From the NCBI RefSeq assembly GCF_964204645.1, contig NC_134029.1, positions 15,680,950 through 15,744,949 of the forward strand: 64,000 nucleotides of DNA, in the 5' to 3' direction. Below the pieces are notes generated by a model. That model ran no database searches and was not told the origin of the DNA. It saw only the letters and a program-made list of their open reading frames with translations. The position numbers and the translations under genes were made by a program. Origin of the DNA: Tubulanus polymorphus (taxonomy: Eukaryota; Animalia; Nemertea). Below, piece by piece: positions 23,151-34,949 of the stretch; positions within the stretch are counted from its first letter, which is position 1, and each line of letters begins with the position of its first letter.

Positions 23151-23558
23151 AGGTAGGGGTACGCGTATTTTTTCGCCCGATCGTGGCGAATTTATAAATC
23201 GCCCGAAAAATTCACTCGTGTGGCCACTCACGGCGATTTCGTCGGCCGAATCGATCGCCCGCATCATACATGTTTAATATTTTTGGCCGATTATTTACGC
23301 CGGCGATCGGATTGCCCGCAAATTCGCTCGTCTGCCCTCACTCTGCCGAGCGATCCATTTTTACCAACCAATAGGATGCATTGTTGATATCATGTGAGTT
23401 GTCAAATCTCTTCCACTACGTACCGGCCGCCGACCGAATTTCGGTTTTATTGCTACGTGTTCCCACTCGTATCAGGCGTATAAATTCGGCGACGAATTCA
23501 CTGGCGAATTTAAACGTCGCGATCGGGCGAAAAAAAATACGCTCGTGTGTCCCTACCT
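23151..23558. mobile_element. PIF/Harbinger-type MITE
   Basis: TIRs AGGTAGGG..CGTATTTTTTCGCCCGATCG / reverse complement; TAA TSD at 23148-23150 and 23559-23561. Confidence 0.75.
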
Positions 23559-25250
23559 TAAAGTATTCGCACACAGAAAGGCTAATTGAGAAATGTGTTT
23601 AAATTTTTCGCAGACCTTGTCTGCTGACCTGACATTTATAGTCAGAATAGATCCAAAACGTTCATGTGATCACGGCTTGTATACAAGAAAACAAGAAATC
23701 ATTATGTAGGCCTGTACATTTTGCTGTACGTAAGTTTGGTATACCGATTTCTCCAATCTCGACAGATGAGTGTACGGTTCAGCTGAACGCATTATACAAA
23801 TGGGAATAGGGCCTATTGATTGGGCTTATTATGCTTTAGAATATTGAAATAAGCCAATGTTCATTAAAATATCCAACATCGGTGAATATCCAACATCGGT
23901 CAACATACTGTATACATGTATATAGGTTTTCATGTTCTATGAATATTTTTTTGCAGTCAGCACCAACTCTCTTCGACCGATGTTGCATCATACCATATAC
24001 GGTCTGATTCTTTCAACTCAAGCAAAGCGATTAAAACGATCGACATAACACTGGAATAGCTTGCAGTGACTAACAGTTTATTAACTAGTGGAATAGGTTT
24101 GATATTTACGCACGTGTTGCAAGGTTTAAATTGTTTATCAGTATAGAATTAGTAATCCATAAAAACCAAAATCAACATCGGCCCGATACCCAGACCAAAG
24201 CAATTCATAATCTATCGATTGAATCTACGATACAGTATATTTATTTATTCAAATATTTCAATAAAAATATTAATTCCTTGATATCTATTCTGAATCCTAA
24301 TACGTTCTTATATCAGTAAATATATTCAACACCTATTGACTCAGCAGATTCTTAAGATGAGTTTCTTAGTAGAACAGATCCATTTTAAGCGTGGTGATAC
24401 AAAATAAATGCTTTGTCTAATCAATTCATATTTATTGATTTTACGTCTACGTAGGTTTGGTTTCAAAGCTGAATCACATTGGACGTTTACACGGTGGTTA
24501 TATATTAGGTTCGAATCTGTCAAAACATTATATTTCATGTATCGGCATTTAAATGTTCAATAATTCCTATCAACCTGAATGGCATGGTGCGTATTTGCAG
24601 AAAACCCATTATCGCTGCTTTGCAGCTATATTTTCTTTTTCTTTTGGTATTTGTGAACATGCATTAAATGTGCCATTTGGGATTTGGTATGTCTCGTATG
24701 TTTGTTACTTCTATTCAAGTCTAGTAAAGACTTATTTGATATGAAAAAAGTATTATACTCGAACTCGGCCTCCTTTTCTGATGCTTTCAAACACGGTTTC
24801 ATGGAAATGCTGAAATGGTCGTGAAACATTTGGAGCTGACAGATTCAGCCAATCTAGTTATTTATCCTCCGCGGACCAAAGCATTAATGTGATCAGTTGC
24901 CGAGATTCGACGACAGATTTACCTCTACTTGTTTGAAAAAAAAGATATTTGTTAAATTCATATCGTAGTCAATTGAATTGCTGCAAGGGTACAGCATCTT
25001 GCAGGTACTTAAAAATACATGTATTCTGTTCAATATTATTAGAGTTTTATGACCGTCATATGTATGTGTTTGCGTTTTTGCGTGTGTGTCGTATGTACGT
25101 ATAAGCTTTCAGAAACCGTATACCAGTACAAAATAAGCTTGAATACAATTTTACAGTAAATTGTCAACATGTGTATTTCGCTTATGTTATAAGAGAATGT
25201 GATATTTGTTATAAGAGAATGTGAAGTTGTTTTATGAAATTCACTTACAG

Positions 25251-25376
25251 ACATCGACGAATGTAAAACTATGCCTGCAGCTTGTCAGTTTGGAAGTTGT
25301 CTCAATACCTTAGGTTCATACCGATGCATATGTAACAGCGGATACAGAACCCATCCTAATGGAAAGAGCTGTATAG
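25251..25376 (+). CDS. FBN: Fibrillin-like gene, cbEGF exon
   Basis: cag|...|gtacgt, 126 bp, phase 1: (D)IDECKTMPAACQFGSCLNTLGSYRCICNSGYRTHPNGKSCI. Confidence 0.85.
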
Positions 25377-28300
25377 GTACGTATAAAAATATAATAAGTT
25401 GTTCTTTTCTGCAAATACGTATATTTGTTATCATCTTGGTGTTCGAAAATGGCAACGCCCTGCCCTAGGAGCATTTGCTTTGTATTTTGTATTTTATGTT
25501 ATCTTGAATTGATCTGAACTGTGGTTTTATCGCGGAGACCTCGAATATCTTTCAAATGTTGCTTATCCTTACATGTTAAAAAGTGATGAGTATTTCAGGT
25601 AAGGTAAAGATTTCGGGTCATGTAATCACTAGAAGGCTCTGATTTTTAGAGAATCCTGGCTAGCTATGTAAAACTCTATCCCGAGGGATATTTATAACTT
25701 GTTTTTCGTAGTTTTTTTTCAACCTATTATTAAACAGAGAATAGCAGAGTTAGATATATTGTTTCATTTAGGATCTTCGTAAATGTTGATTATTAGATAA
25801 TTGGGCCAAAGGAGGCTGGACAACACAGTTGGTATCACTAATATATAATCAGGGCTTTCCTCGGGTTTTCCTTGGTCGATAAGTACTTCTTTCTATCCTA
25901 TCTATCCGTACAGGGTCCGTATGTTGCGGTGTTTCGACTGTTTAAATCGAAATGAGCGTTAACGTCAACTGTATATCTATAACACGTAGTCAAAAGACTG
26001 CGATGGGTTCTGACCGATTCGGTGCGGTGGCCAATGCAGCGTATAGAGAAGAATCAGACTCGGTAGGTGTTCCAATCGGATCCGGTGTTTGGGGTCTTGG
26101 ATGTGGAGTGTTTGTTGAGAAAACGACACGCAGGGAGTGTATAGTCCGAGCGGCTACGGGGAAAAGTAACACAACCGCCCCTGTCGAGAATAAGCCCTTT
26201 TCAGGGCTACCCACATTTCGTCCCTTTTAATGCGCCTGCAGAAAAAGATGAGATTCTCAAGTAAAGTTTTTGAAGTCTCTTCATGCATAAATATGTCATA
26301 ATGCGATTCGTTGGCCAGATTGGTTCAGTCAGATCATATCTCCGCAACTTTTTATAAACCTATGCTTGAGAAACAACTGAAACTATTTTTGATATTCCAT
26401 GTTATTAAGTGAATGCTACTATTGCAATTTTGCGACAGAAAATGAAGATGAATTAGAATGATATTTCCTCAATTCTTTATGTAATTGGCCATTGAAGCAA
26501 ATTTGCAACATTTCAGAAAACTAGGTCAAATCGGCCAAAATTTATTTTCGTCAATAGGTATCGTTTAACTCTACCATATGGGTTGTATATGACAGAATTT
26601 AGAATTTTTTGCTATCAGAATTGTTACCTGTTAATAGGGGGTTTCAAATTGAGATGGAAATGGTTGGGGACTAACTGTAGTAGGTATCATAAGATTGTTG
26701 CCTTGCTGCCTCGGACTAAGAAGTAATAGTATTAAAGCAGCGACTTTGCCGCCTCGAATTAGAACTAATAGTAGAACAGCGACTAGTATTATTTACCTAT
26801 GACACCGTATATAAGATAGTGCAGCTCCACCCGATATTTTTCGTTCGGTTACAGAAATTCTGTTAGGCCGGATATGTATCTGGTAAACAGTCTCAGTTAT
26901 CTCAGTTATCCCATTGAAAATTATCTGAGGCTAGGAACCAGAAACCAGGAAGAAAGCCACTAAATATTTGGATGGATATATGAAAGCTGTGGGTACTGGA
27001 GTGTGTAATGGGTAGTGTAGTGTGATCTGTGTGCATATGTGTCCAGCACACAGATCACATTGTTCATTGGGGTTTGGTCCAGGACTCGCGAGATTTTCAA
27101 CAACACGGTAGTAACTTGTAATAAATGATGACTTGAATTGCATGACTACCTACCACCCCTCATTATTGTTGGAAAACTAAACGTTCCGCACTGACTAAAA
27201 ATTAGTAATAATAATTAATAACATTTTAGAAATGACCAGAATTTTAACTTAGGTTCTATCTCATTTTTATTTTACAACTGCGATTGGTATAATTTTTTTT
27301 AAACGGCCGTTAAGGCTTCATATTTCGTCTGCAATTCACTGCAAATAGTTACGCAACTACGCACATTTCAGTGTTTTTGGCAGCTATACACTCAATCGGC
27401 ACCGTTCGTGACTAGCTTCACTGCGGAATTATCATTAATTAACATCGCCATATCACATCATCAACTTATATTGTGCCTTAAAACCCTAACAGCCGAAATA
27501 ATTGAAATGCACACACGATTTCTATCATTGAAAATTGAGAGAGTGGCCGTGTTTGTGTTCTGCTGCTTCGCGTAAATCCCGCGGGGTGGCGCCACCGCGC
27601 GGAGTGGGGCCGATACGTCCAGTTCTACGACAAATTGTAAATGACAAATGTTTGATAAATGACCTGCTAAGTTTCTATTTAAATTTATCAACACCTAATC
27701 CTGGCCGCTATGACTCAGTAGGCTGTCATAATTTTTACCTTCATGACGTAGCCACAAAGGTTCTGAGTAGGTAGTGAGTCGATGACGTCATTTTCGTGTC
27801 GCCACTTATAACTTGTTGGTGGGAGTTCAGAGGAAGATTTGTCAAACGCATAAGTATGGGCGAATCACGGCGGCAGAGTGCTCCTGTGATAAGGCGGAAA
27901 TAATTCCATGTGACGGCAAAGCTATTAAATGATTAGACGGTCGGAGGTGGTTGGTCAACTTTTTGCAACTATAGTGCTGCTATTTTCCCTATCAAATTGC
28001 TAGATTTCGATCGTTTCTCATAAGTCAACACTTGTAATTCAAGTGTGATTTTGATGTGTGTAGAGATACATCGTGACAAGCGTATTGGATGGCGGCGTCA
28101 TGTTTAAGCTGCGCGTCGATCGTTGAATAGTGGAATTATAGGATGGAATTATCTTGATTGTATCCATACGAAGTTTATTAAAGGTCAGTGTCAACAAATG
28201 GTCCATTACAGTCCCTCTAATTAATGTGGAGAGACGCTCTTAACCGGCAAAACCGTAGTCTGTTTCGTGTTATCGTTGGCCTAAGTGACTGACCTTGCTT

Positions 28301-28544
28301 GAGCGTTCGCTGCCGGCGCGCTGCTTCAAAGTTATGGATAAAGTATTATATAACTTATTGTTAATGACATACAACAAATAAACCTTTGAAGAAAGGTACC
28401 TAATGTCTGACATTCTACTGAAAAATTCGAATCTTAATTGACTCCTATTGCATTGGCCAGAGCCAGACCCTCTGGAATTGAATTGTATTCGACACAGTAA
28501 TTCGCATGTAATTCGCGATGAATCTTTTTGAAAATTGGCTTGAA

Positions 28545-28945
28545 AATTGGTCTGACGAGATGTCCACCCCTATTGTAAAAAATGTCATTAGTTATCAAAT
28601 ATGGCTGCCATTGGGGTGGCCATCTTGAATTTCTTGTTGCACGATGCAACCCGCAATTCTTGATGGATTTCCACAAAATTTGGCGTTAGGATCAGGCTAG
28701 GTAAGCTGTCCATGCCTTTTGTATATGCAGGTTTCAAATATGGCCACCAGGTCAGTCATCTTGAATTTCTAGCGCGAAACTGCCTGCAATTCTCGATGCA
28801 TTTTAACGATACTAGGTGTAAGAATTTTGGTAGGTGAAATGTCTACCCCTTATTAAAAATTGAGTTCAAGTATGGCCACCATGGTTGCCATCAATTTTAA
28901 ATTTCTTTTCAGCACGATGCCTACACCAATTCTTGATGCATTTTT
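28545..28945. repeat. Degenerate ~125-bp repeat units with ATATGGC..GCCATCTTGAATTTC motif (interspersed repeat fragment)
   Basis: Three diverged copies of the motif near 28600, 28740 and 28870. Confidence 0.45.
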
Positions 28946-30918
28946 TCATGTAGTGTGATCTTTGGGGCAGCTAAAATGGGTTGTCTTTTCCTGTAAGGAT
29001 ATATTCCCAGAAACTGAACATTATCGCCACATAGCCTATACCATCTTAACTATTTTAAAACATCGTTACTATGTAAATCTTTCACTAAAACTTTGAATAC
29101 TGAATCATTCTTCTTCTTCTGCGTCATGCAGGTATAAGGCCCGCTTGTTACTGAATCGATCGACCAATATTTACATGAACTTGTTCAGTGTTACCAGGCT
29201 CACCAAACGAAGTGATTCATACGAGGGTAGTATCGTTCATATCAATAAATCATCACATTCCGCAGTGTTGCCAGACTTCCGGAAATTTCCGGAGTTCCGG
29301 AAATCGAAACTTTCAAAAAAAAATCCGGAAATTTTCTTCTCCGTACTGCGCGAAAATGCCGTTAATTTTTATTAGAACGGCCACCCATACGCATTCGCTG
29401 TGATGATTGCACCACCACCAATCGTCATGACGACGCCGCGCAGCTCTGCGGTCGAGCGGCTTTTGTGTAAGTATACAGAGTAGTGCTTATAACTTTATTG
29501 ATTTTATACTCGAATGTGTATTGTAAAATTTTGGAGTTCAATAAACTTCTGTACTGTAACCACGACTTGACTTGCTGATGCGCCGCGCTTGTATTAGATC
29601 ATCTTTATCAGAGCATTCATAGGTACGTCCCTTCAAGTTACACATCTATGATCATCTATATAGGCTTAGGCCTAAACTATCTATGATCCGTCCTTTTTTG
29701 AATGTTCAATTTTTTTATTTTCAATAGGCCCGTATGCGATAGTTCCCCGGAAAATGAGTTTACCAAGAATTGTTGATCGGCAGAGCTCCGACTTAAAAAC
29801 TATCGATGTAGCTATAAAAAACAAATTTAGGTGGAATTGGTTAGAGGAAAAGGATTTTCATGGTGATTTCTTGTCCGATTACATACGTAAACTCGAGGAA
29901 GGTGGCCTCGCGTATTGCTTGATATGCAAAGAAATTATTAAATACGGTGGTTGAGGAAAACGGGACATAGTAAACCACGCTAAAAAACAAAAGCACACGC
30001 AAATTAGAAAGGATCTGAAAAGGAATGAAGAACTACCCGCAAGCTACCAGCCGATCATTTCAACTGAAGGCAATGAACCGTCCACTAGTAACAGTTGTAG
30101 TACTGGTAGCTTACCAATGCCATATGGGGTTGCCCCGAATGTTCCTGGTGTCCAAGGAGAAAATCGCGATATCAGGCCGAAATTCGTACCAACTATCGAC
30201 AGAATATCCCATGCACAGGCCATGACTCTATCGTTCATAGCTGAGAACTCTCTCCCAATTTCCATGTCCGAGAAGTTGATTAAGTTTGCTAAGGAGCTCA
30301 GTCGCGATGAGAAAGCGGTTTCGCAGATTACGATGGGAAGAACGTGTGCTACGTACAAACTAAAAAATGGCCTGAGTACGCACATCCGCAAAAATGTTGT
30401 GGCTGATATGCGGAAATCGTTTTTCTCGATTAATACCGATGAATGCACTGCATTAAATTTCGAAAAAGTGTTCAGCATCCTGACTTCATATTATAGTGAC
30501 GAACTTGAACGGTGCGTAGTAAATCACTACACCTCATCATCGATTTCCCGAGTCAACGTGGCGTCAGTTACAGAATTAGTTCTTAGTAAACTGAAAGCGG
30601 ACGAAATACCACTGACCAACATAGTTTCAAGTTTGTCCGACTCAACCAACTATATGCGAGGCAAGGTCAGTGGGTTTGAGACAAGACTGCGTGAAGCGTC
30701 AGTAATAGGGGTAATGGGCTTTCATACCAAAGGTCGAAAGGTCGAGCTCATAAAAAAACAAAATATTAAAAGTAATTAAAAAACTATAATATATTTTCAT
30801 AACCGCGTGCATTTTATATCAAAACTAAATATTTATTCTAAGATATCAATAATATAAAAAGCATATTGTATTAAATCAATTGGTTGCGAATTTATTTTTC
30901 ATTTTCTACTCGCTAGAA

Positions 30919-31136
30919 AAAGTGTGAGTAAAGTGTGAGTGAAATAATTCATATTTTAACAGATTTCGAGTAAAAATATAAGTAAAATAAATGGATAACT
31001 AAAAGAATATAAAAGTGTGAGTAAAGTGTGAGTGAAATAGTTTATATTTTAAACATATTTCAATATTTATATTTGTATGAGTTAGATTTTTAAACATTAA
31101 AGTGTGAGTAAAGTGTGAGTGAAATAATTCATATTT
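30919..31136 (+). repeat. Three spaced direct repeats AAAGTGTGAGTAAAGTGTGAGTGAAATA (mirrored at ~35640-35855)
   Basis: Copies start at 30919, 31012 and 31099. Confidence 0.85.
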
Positions 31137-31199
31137 AAAACATTGAATATTTATATTTATATGTGTTGGATTCATTTTAATAAAAGTTTTGTTATTAAA

Positions 31200-31823
31200 A
31201 TGAAGACAGAAGAAGAAGAAGAACCCAACTTTAAAATCGAAATCAATGAAACCAATAAATCATTTTCACAGTTTTACATTAAAAATTATATTTCAGCAAC
31301 AAATTTAGTGTCCGCAAGACATTATAAAATCGATAATATTACTATGATTAATCAAATATTATCAAATGAAACATATTTACTTACTGAACTAGTAGATACT
31401 TTTGATAATGGCGTTAAAAATCCTAAAATATTCAATACAGTTTTAAATTTTAAAGGAACTTTAGATGAAAACATAATTAATATTCTTAAAACTCCTTTCA
31501 ATGAAAGAAATGATGATATAATACTTTCAAAAGATTACAATGATTTGATTGACTTAAGAATTGAAAGAAGACAATTATATTATTTCAATTTTGATAATAA
31601 ACAAATTATCTATAATGAAAATTCATCAAATATTGGAATTCAATGTGAATTAGATAATGAAAAATCATTTAAAGATATTGCAGTTCAATGTAATTTAGAT
31701 GATGAATTTAGAAAATTCAATCCTAATGAAAAAGTGCATTGTTATTGCGGAGGTAAATATTTAAAATCACATAAATCAAAGCATTATGAAACAATTAAAC
31801 ATAAAAACTGGCGTAAAGAGTAA
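31200..31823 (+). CDS. Palindromic element ORF1, 207 aa, C-terminal CxC..H..H zinc finger
   Basis: MKTEEEEEPNF...HCYCGGKYLKSHKSKHYETIKHKNW; start chosen at ATG 31200 because its upstream 25 nt match the Polinton TIR start context. Confidence 0.7.
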   Translation: MKTEEEEEPNFKIEINETNKSFSQFYIKNYISATNLVSARHYKIDNITMINQILSNETYLLTELVDTFDNGVKNPKIFNTVLNFKGTLDENIINILKTPFNERNDDIILSKDYNDLIDLRIERRQLYYFNFDNKQIIYNENSSNIGIQCELDNEKSFKDIAVQCNLDDEFRKFNPNEKVHCYCGGKYLKSHKSKHYETIKHKNWRKE

Positions 31824-31875
31824 CAATTCTACATTATAATTATTGAATTGAGTTAAAAGATTTAAATATCTAATA

Positions 31876-32112
31876 GACTGTTAAAATGATAAATTGTTTG
31901 ACAGTTGAAATGATAAATGATTTGACAGTTGAAATGATAAATTGTTTGACAGTTGAAATGATAAATTGTTTGACAGTTGAAATGATAAATGATTTGACAG
32001 TTGAAATGATAAATTGTTTGACAGTTGAAATGATAAATTGTTTGACAGTTGAAATGTTAAATTGTTTGATTGTTGAAATGTAAAATTGTTAGACTGTTGA
32101 AATGTTAAATTG
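31876..32112 (+). repeat. 21-bp tandem repeat, about 11 copies (mirrored at ~34661-34897)
   Basis: GACAGTTGAAATGATAAAT(TG/GA)TTT units, degenerate at the edges. Confidence 0.92.
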
Positions 32113-32197
32113 TTTGTTTGAAAATTTAATTGTTATTTGATTTGAAACATATAAATATTAAATATTTTATAAACTGTTTAATTTTTCTCTTAAATAA

Positions 32198-32416
32198 ATG
32201 GATGGTTTCATCCCAACTGGGAAAAGTGATTTGAAACATTATTTAGTTGCTGGAGGTTTAATATTGGCGGCATTATACTTTTACTATGAAAATATTTCAA
32301 AAGATTTGATGAATGAAAATAATAAATTGAGTAAAAAATTAAAGAAGTTAAATGGAAACAATCACAGAAATAAAAAGAATAAAAAAGTTAATTTAGAAAA
32401 TGATTTAGAGGATTAA
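32198..32416 (+). CDS. Palindromic element ORF2, 72-aa single-TM protein with basic tail
   Basis: YLVAGGLILAALYFYY hydrophobic stretch followed by K/N-rich tail; TAAATG start; identical in both arms. Confidence 0.65.
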   Translation: MDGFIPTGKSDLKHYLVAGGLILAALYFYYENISKDLMNENNKLSKKLKKLNGNNHRNKKNKKVNLENDLED

Positions 32417-32454
32417 AACAACATCTTTTAATTTCATATATTTTGACTATAAAA

Positions 32455-32757
32455 ATGAGTGAAAATATATTAAACTTATTACATCTAATATATAAAAATC
32501 AACAGAATATTAAATCAATTATTATGCTTACAGGTTTATTTTCATTCTCAGTTTATAGTATAAAACAGTTGTTAGAATTCTATGATTGCTGTAAAATTAG
32601 ATACACTGAATTAATAGAAAATATGAATTATATTTCAGATAGATTGAATAATATTAAATGCTGTGAAAAATGCAATAAAAGATATAAAAATAAAAAGAGT
32701 TTGAGAAATCACATGTATATTCATGAACTTGATGAAAAATTATATGAATCAAAATAA
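32455..32757 (+). CDS. Palindromic element ORF3, 100 aa, hydrophobic segment plus C2H2 zinc finger
   Basis: IIMLTGLFSFSVYSI then CEKCNKRYKNKKSLRNHMYIH. Confidence 0.68.
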   Translation: MSENILNLLHLIYKNQQNIKSIIMLTGLFSFSVYSIKQLLEFYDCCKIRYTELIENMNYISDRLNNIKCCEKCNKRYKNKKSLRNHMYIHELDEKLYESK

Positions 32758-32819
32758 GAAATCGACTGTTAAATTAGCTGAAAATATAAAATATATTAGT
32801 TGAAATGTATTGTATACTA

Positions 32820-33314
32820 ATGGATGAGTGGATGAATTGGATGAGTTGGATGAATTGGAAGAGTGGAAGAGTGGATGAGTGTAACAGAAGTAATTTATGT
32901 TTTAATTCATTCAAGTATGATATTTTAAATTCTTTACACTTGACTAGGATAATACTAGAGTGATATTAGTTAGTTGGCTTATTCAATAAGAGAAACAATG
33001 AAATAATACAAGAGTGATACTAACAGTTAAAGTTATTGAATTTCTTGTTAAATCTATTTGAATTCTAGTCAATTCTTGTTAACCAATAGCGTGAATAGAA
33101 ATCAAAAAGATTTAAATAAAAAAACAATAAGTTACATCAGTTAGAACCTTTATTATTTTTTAATTACTTCTGAGACTACAATTTCCATATGAATTTAAAT
33201 TTATAAAATAAAATCCTAATTCAAAATATTATAGAATTCACTGTATATTGATGGATGAGTGGATGAATTGGATGAGTTGGATGAATTGGAAGAGTGGAAG
33301 AGTGGATGAGTGTA
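32820..33314 (+). repeat. Two identical ~64-bp purine-rich blocks of TGGA(T/A)GA(G/A)T units (32820-32883 and 33251-33314; mirrored at ~33459-33522 and ~33890-33953)
   Basis: ATGGATGAGTGGATGAATTGGATGAGTTGGATGAATTGGAAGAGTGGAAGAGTGGATGAGTGTA occurs twice per arm. Confidence 0.85.
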
Positions 33315-34015
33315 ATAATATATAATTTACATATGTTTTTTATTTTTAAAACAGTAAGAGTTTGATTTGAAGTTATTTTATCAATTTTATACTATATTTA
33401 AATATTATTAAAATAATATATATATTGTATTAAATTTAATAAAGAATATAAATATTATTACACTCATCCACTCTTCCACTCTTCCAATTCATCCAACTCA
33501 TCCAATTCATCCACTCATCCATCAATATACAGTGAATTCTATAATATTTTGAATTAGGATTTTATTTTATAAATTTAAATTCATATGGAAATTGTAGTCT
33601 CAGAAGTAATTAAAAAATAATAAAGGTTCTAACTGATGTAACTTATTGTTTTTTTATCTAAATCTTTTTGATTTCTATTCACGCTATTGGTTAACAAGAA
33701 TTGACTAGAATTCAAATAGATTTAACAAGAAATTCAATAACTTTAACTGTTAGTATCACTCTTGTATTATTTCATTGTTTCTCTTATTGAATAAGCCAAC
33801 TAACTAATATCACTCTAGTATTATCCTAGTCAAGTGTAAAGAATTTAAAATATCATACTTGAATGAATTAAAACATAAATTACTTCTGTTACACTCATCC
33901 ACTCTTCCACTCTTCCAATTCATCCAACTCATCCAATTCATCCACTCATCCATTAGTATACAATACATTTCAACTAATATATTTTATATTTTCAGCTAAT
34001 TTAACAGTCGATTTC

Positions 34016-34318
34016 TTATTTTGATTCATATAATTTTTCATCAAGTTCATGAATATACATGTGATTTCTCAAACTCTTTTTATTTTTATATCTTTTATTG
34101 CATTTTTCACAGCATTTAATATTATTCAATCTATCTGAAATATAATTCATATTTTCTATTAATTCAGTGTATCTAATTTTACAGCAATCATAGAATTCTA
34201 ACAACTGTTTTATACTATAAACTGAGAATGAAAATAAACCTGTAAGCATAATAATTGATTTAATATTCTGTTGATTTTTATATATTAGATGTAATAAGTT
34301 TAATATATTTTCACTCAT
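34016..34318 (-). CDS. Mirror copy of ORF3
   Basis: Protein identical to 32455-32757. Confidence 0.68.
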   Translation of the reverse strand: MSENILNLLHLIYKNQQNIKSIIMLTGLFSFSVYSIKQLLEFYDCCKIRYTELIENMNYISDRLNNIKCCEKCNKRYKNKKSLRNHMYIHELDEKLYESK

Positions 34319-34356
34319 TTTTATAGTCAAAATATATGAAATTAAAAGATGTTGTT

Positions 34357-34575
34357 TTAATCCTCTAAATCATTTTCTAAATTAACTTTTTTATTCTTTT
34401 TATTTCTGTGATTGTTTCCATTTAACTTCTTTAATTTTTTACTCAATTTATTATTTTCATTCATCAAATCTTTTGAAATATTTTCATAGTAAAAGTATAA
34501 TGCCGCCAATATTAAACCTCCAGCAACTAAATAATGTTTCAAATCACTTTTCCCAGTTGGGATGAAACCATCCAT
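34357..34575 (-). CDS. Mirror copy of ORF2
   Basis: Protein identical to 32198-32416. Confidence 0.65.
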   Translation of the reverse strand: MDGFIPTGKSDLKHYLVAGGLILAALYFYYENISKDLMNENNKLSKKLKKLNGNNHRNKKNKKVNLENDLED

Positions 34576-34949
34576 TTATTTAAGAGAAAAATTAAACAGT
34601 TTATAAAATATTTAATATTTATATGTTTCAAATCAAATAACAATTAAATTTTCAAACAAACAATTTAACATTTCAACAGTCTAACAATTTTACATTTCAA
34701 CAATCAAACAATTTAACATTTCAACTGTCAAACAATTTATCATTTCAACTGTCAAACAATTTATCATTTCAACTGTCAAATCATTTATCATTTCAACTGT
34801 CAAACAATTTATCATTTCAACTGTCAAACAATTTATCATTTCAACTGTCAAATCATTTATCATTTCAACTGTCAAACAATTTATCATTTTAACAGTCTAT
34901 TAGATATTTAAATCTTTTAACTCAATTCAATAATTATAATGTAGAATTG

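Noticed and set aside
23761-23810. TDEC motif as an extra cbEGF exon
   Set aside because: No further cysteines in EGF spacing and an early stop.
31886-32083. 65-aa ORF MINCLTVEMIND... and its mirror at 34690-34887
   Set aside because: Translation of the 21-bp tandem repeat; no independent sign of coding.
31876-32112. Possible CRISPR-like array
   Set aside because: Units are head-to-tail with no unique spacers, there are no cas genes, and the context is eukaryotic.
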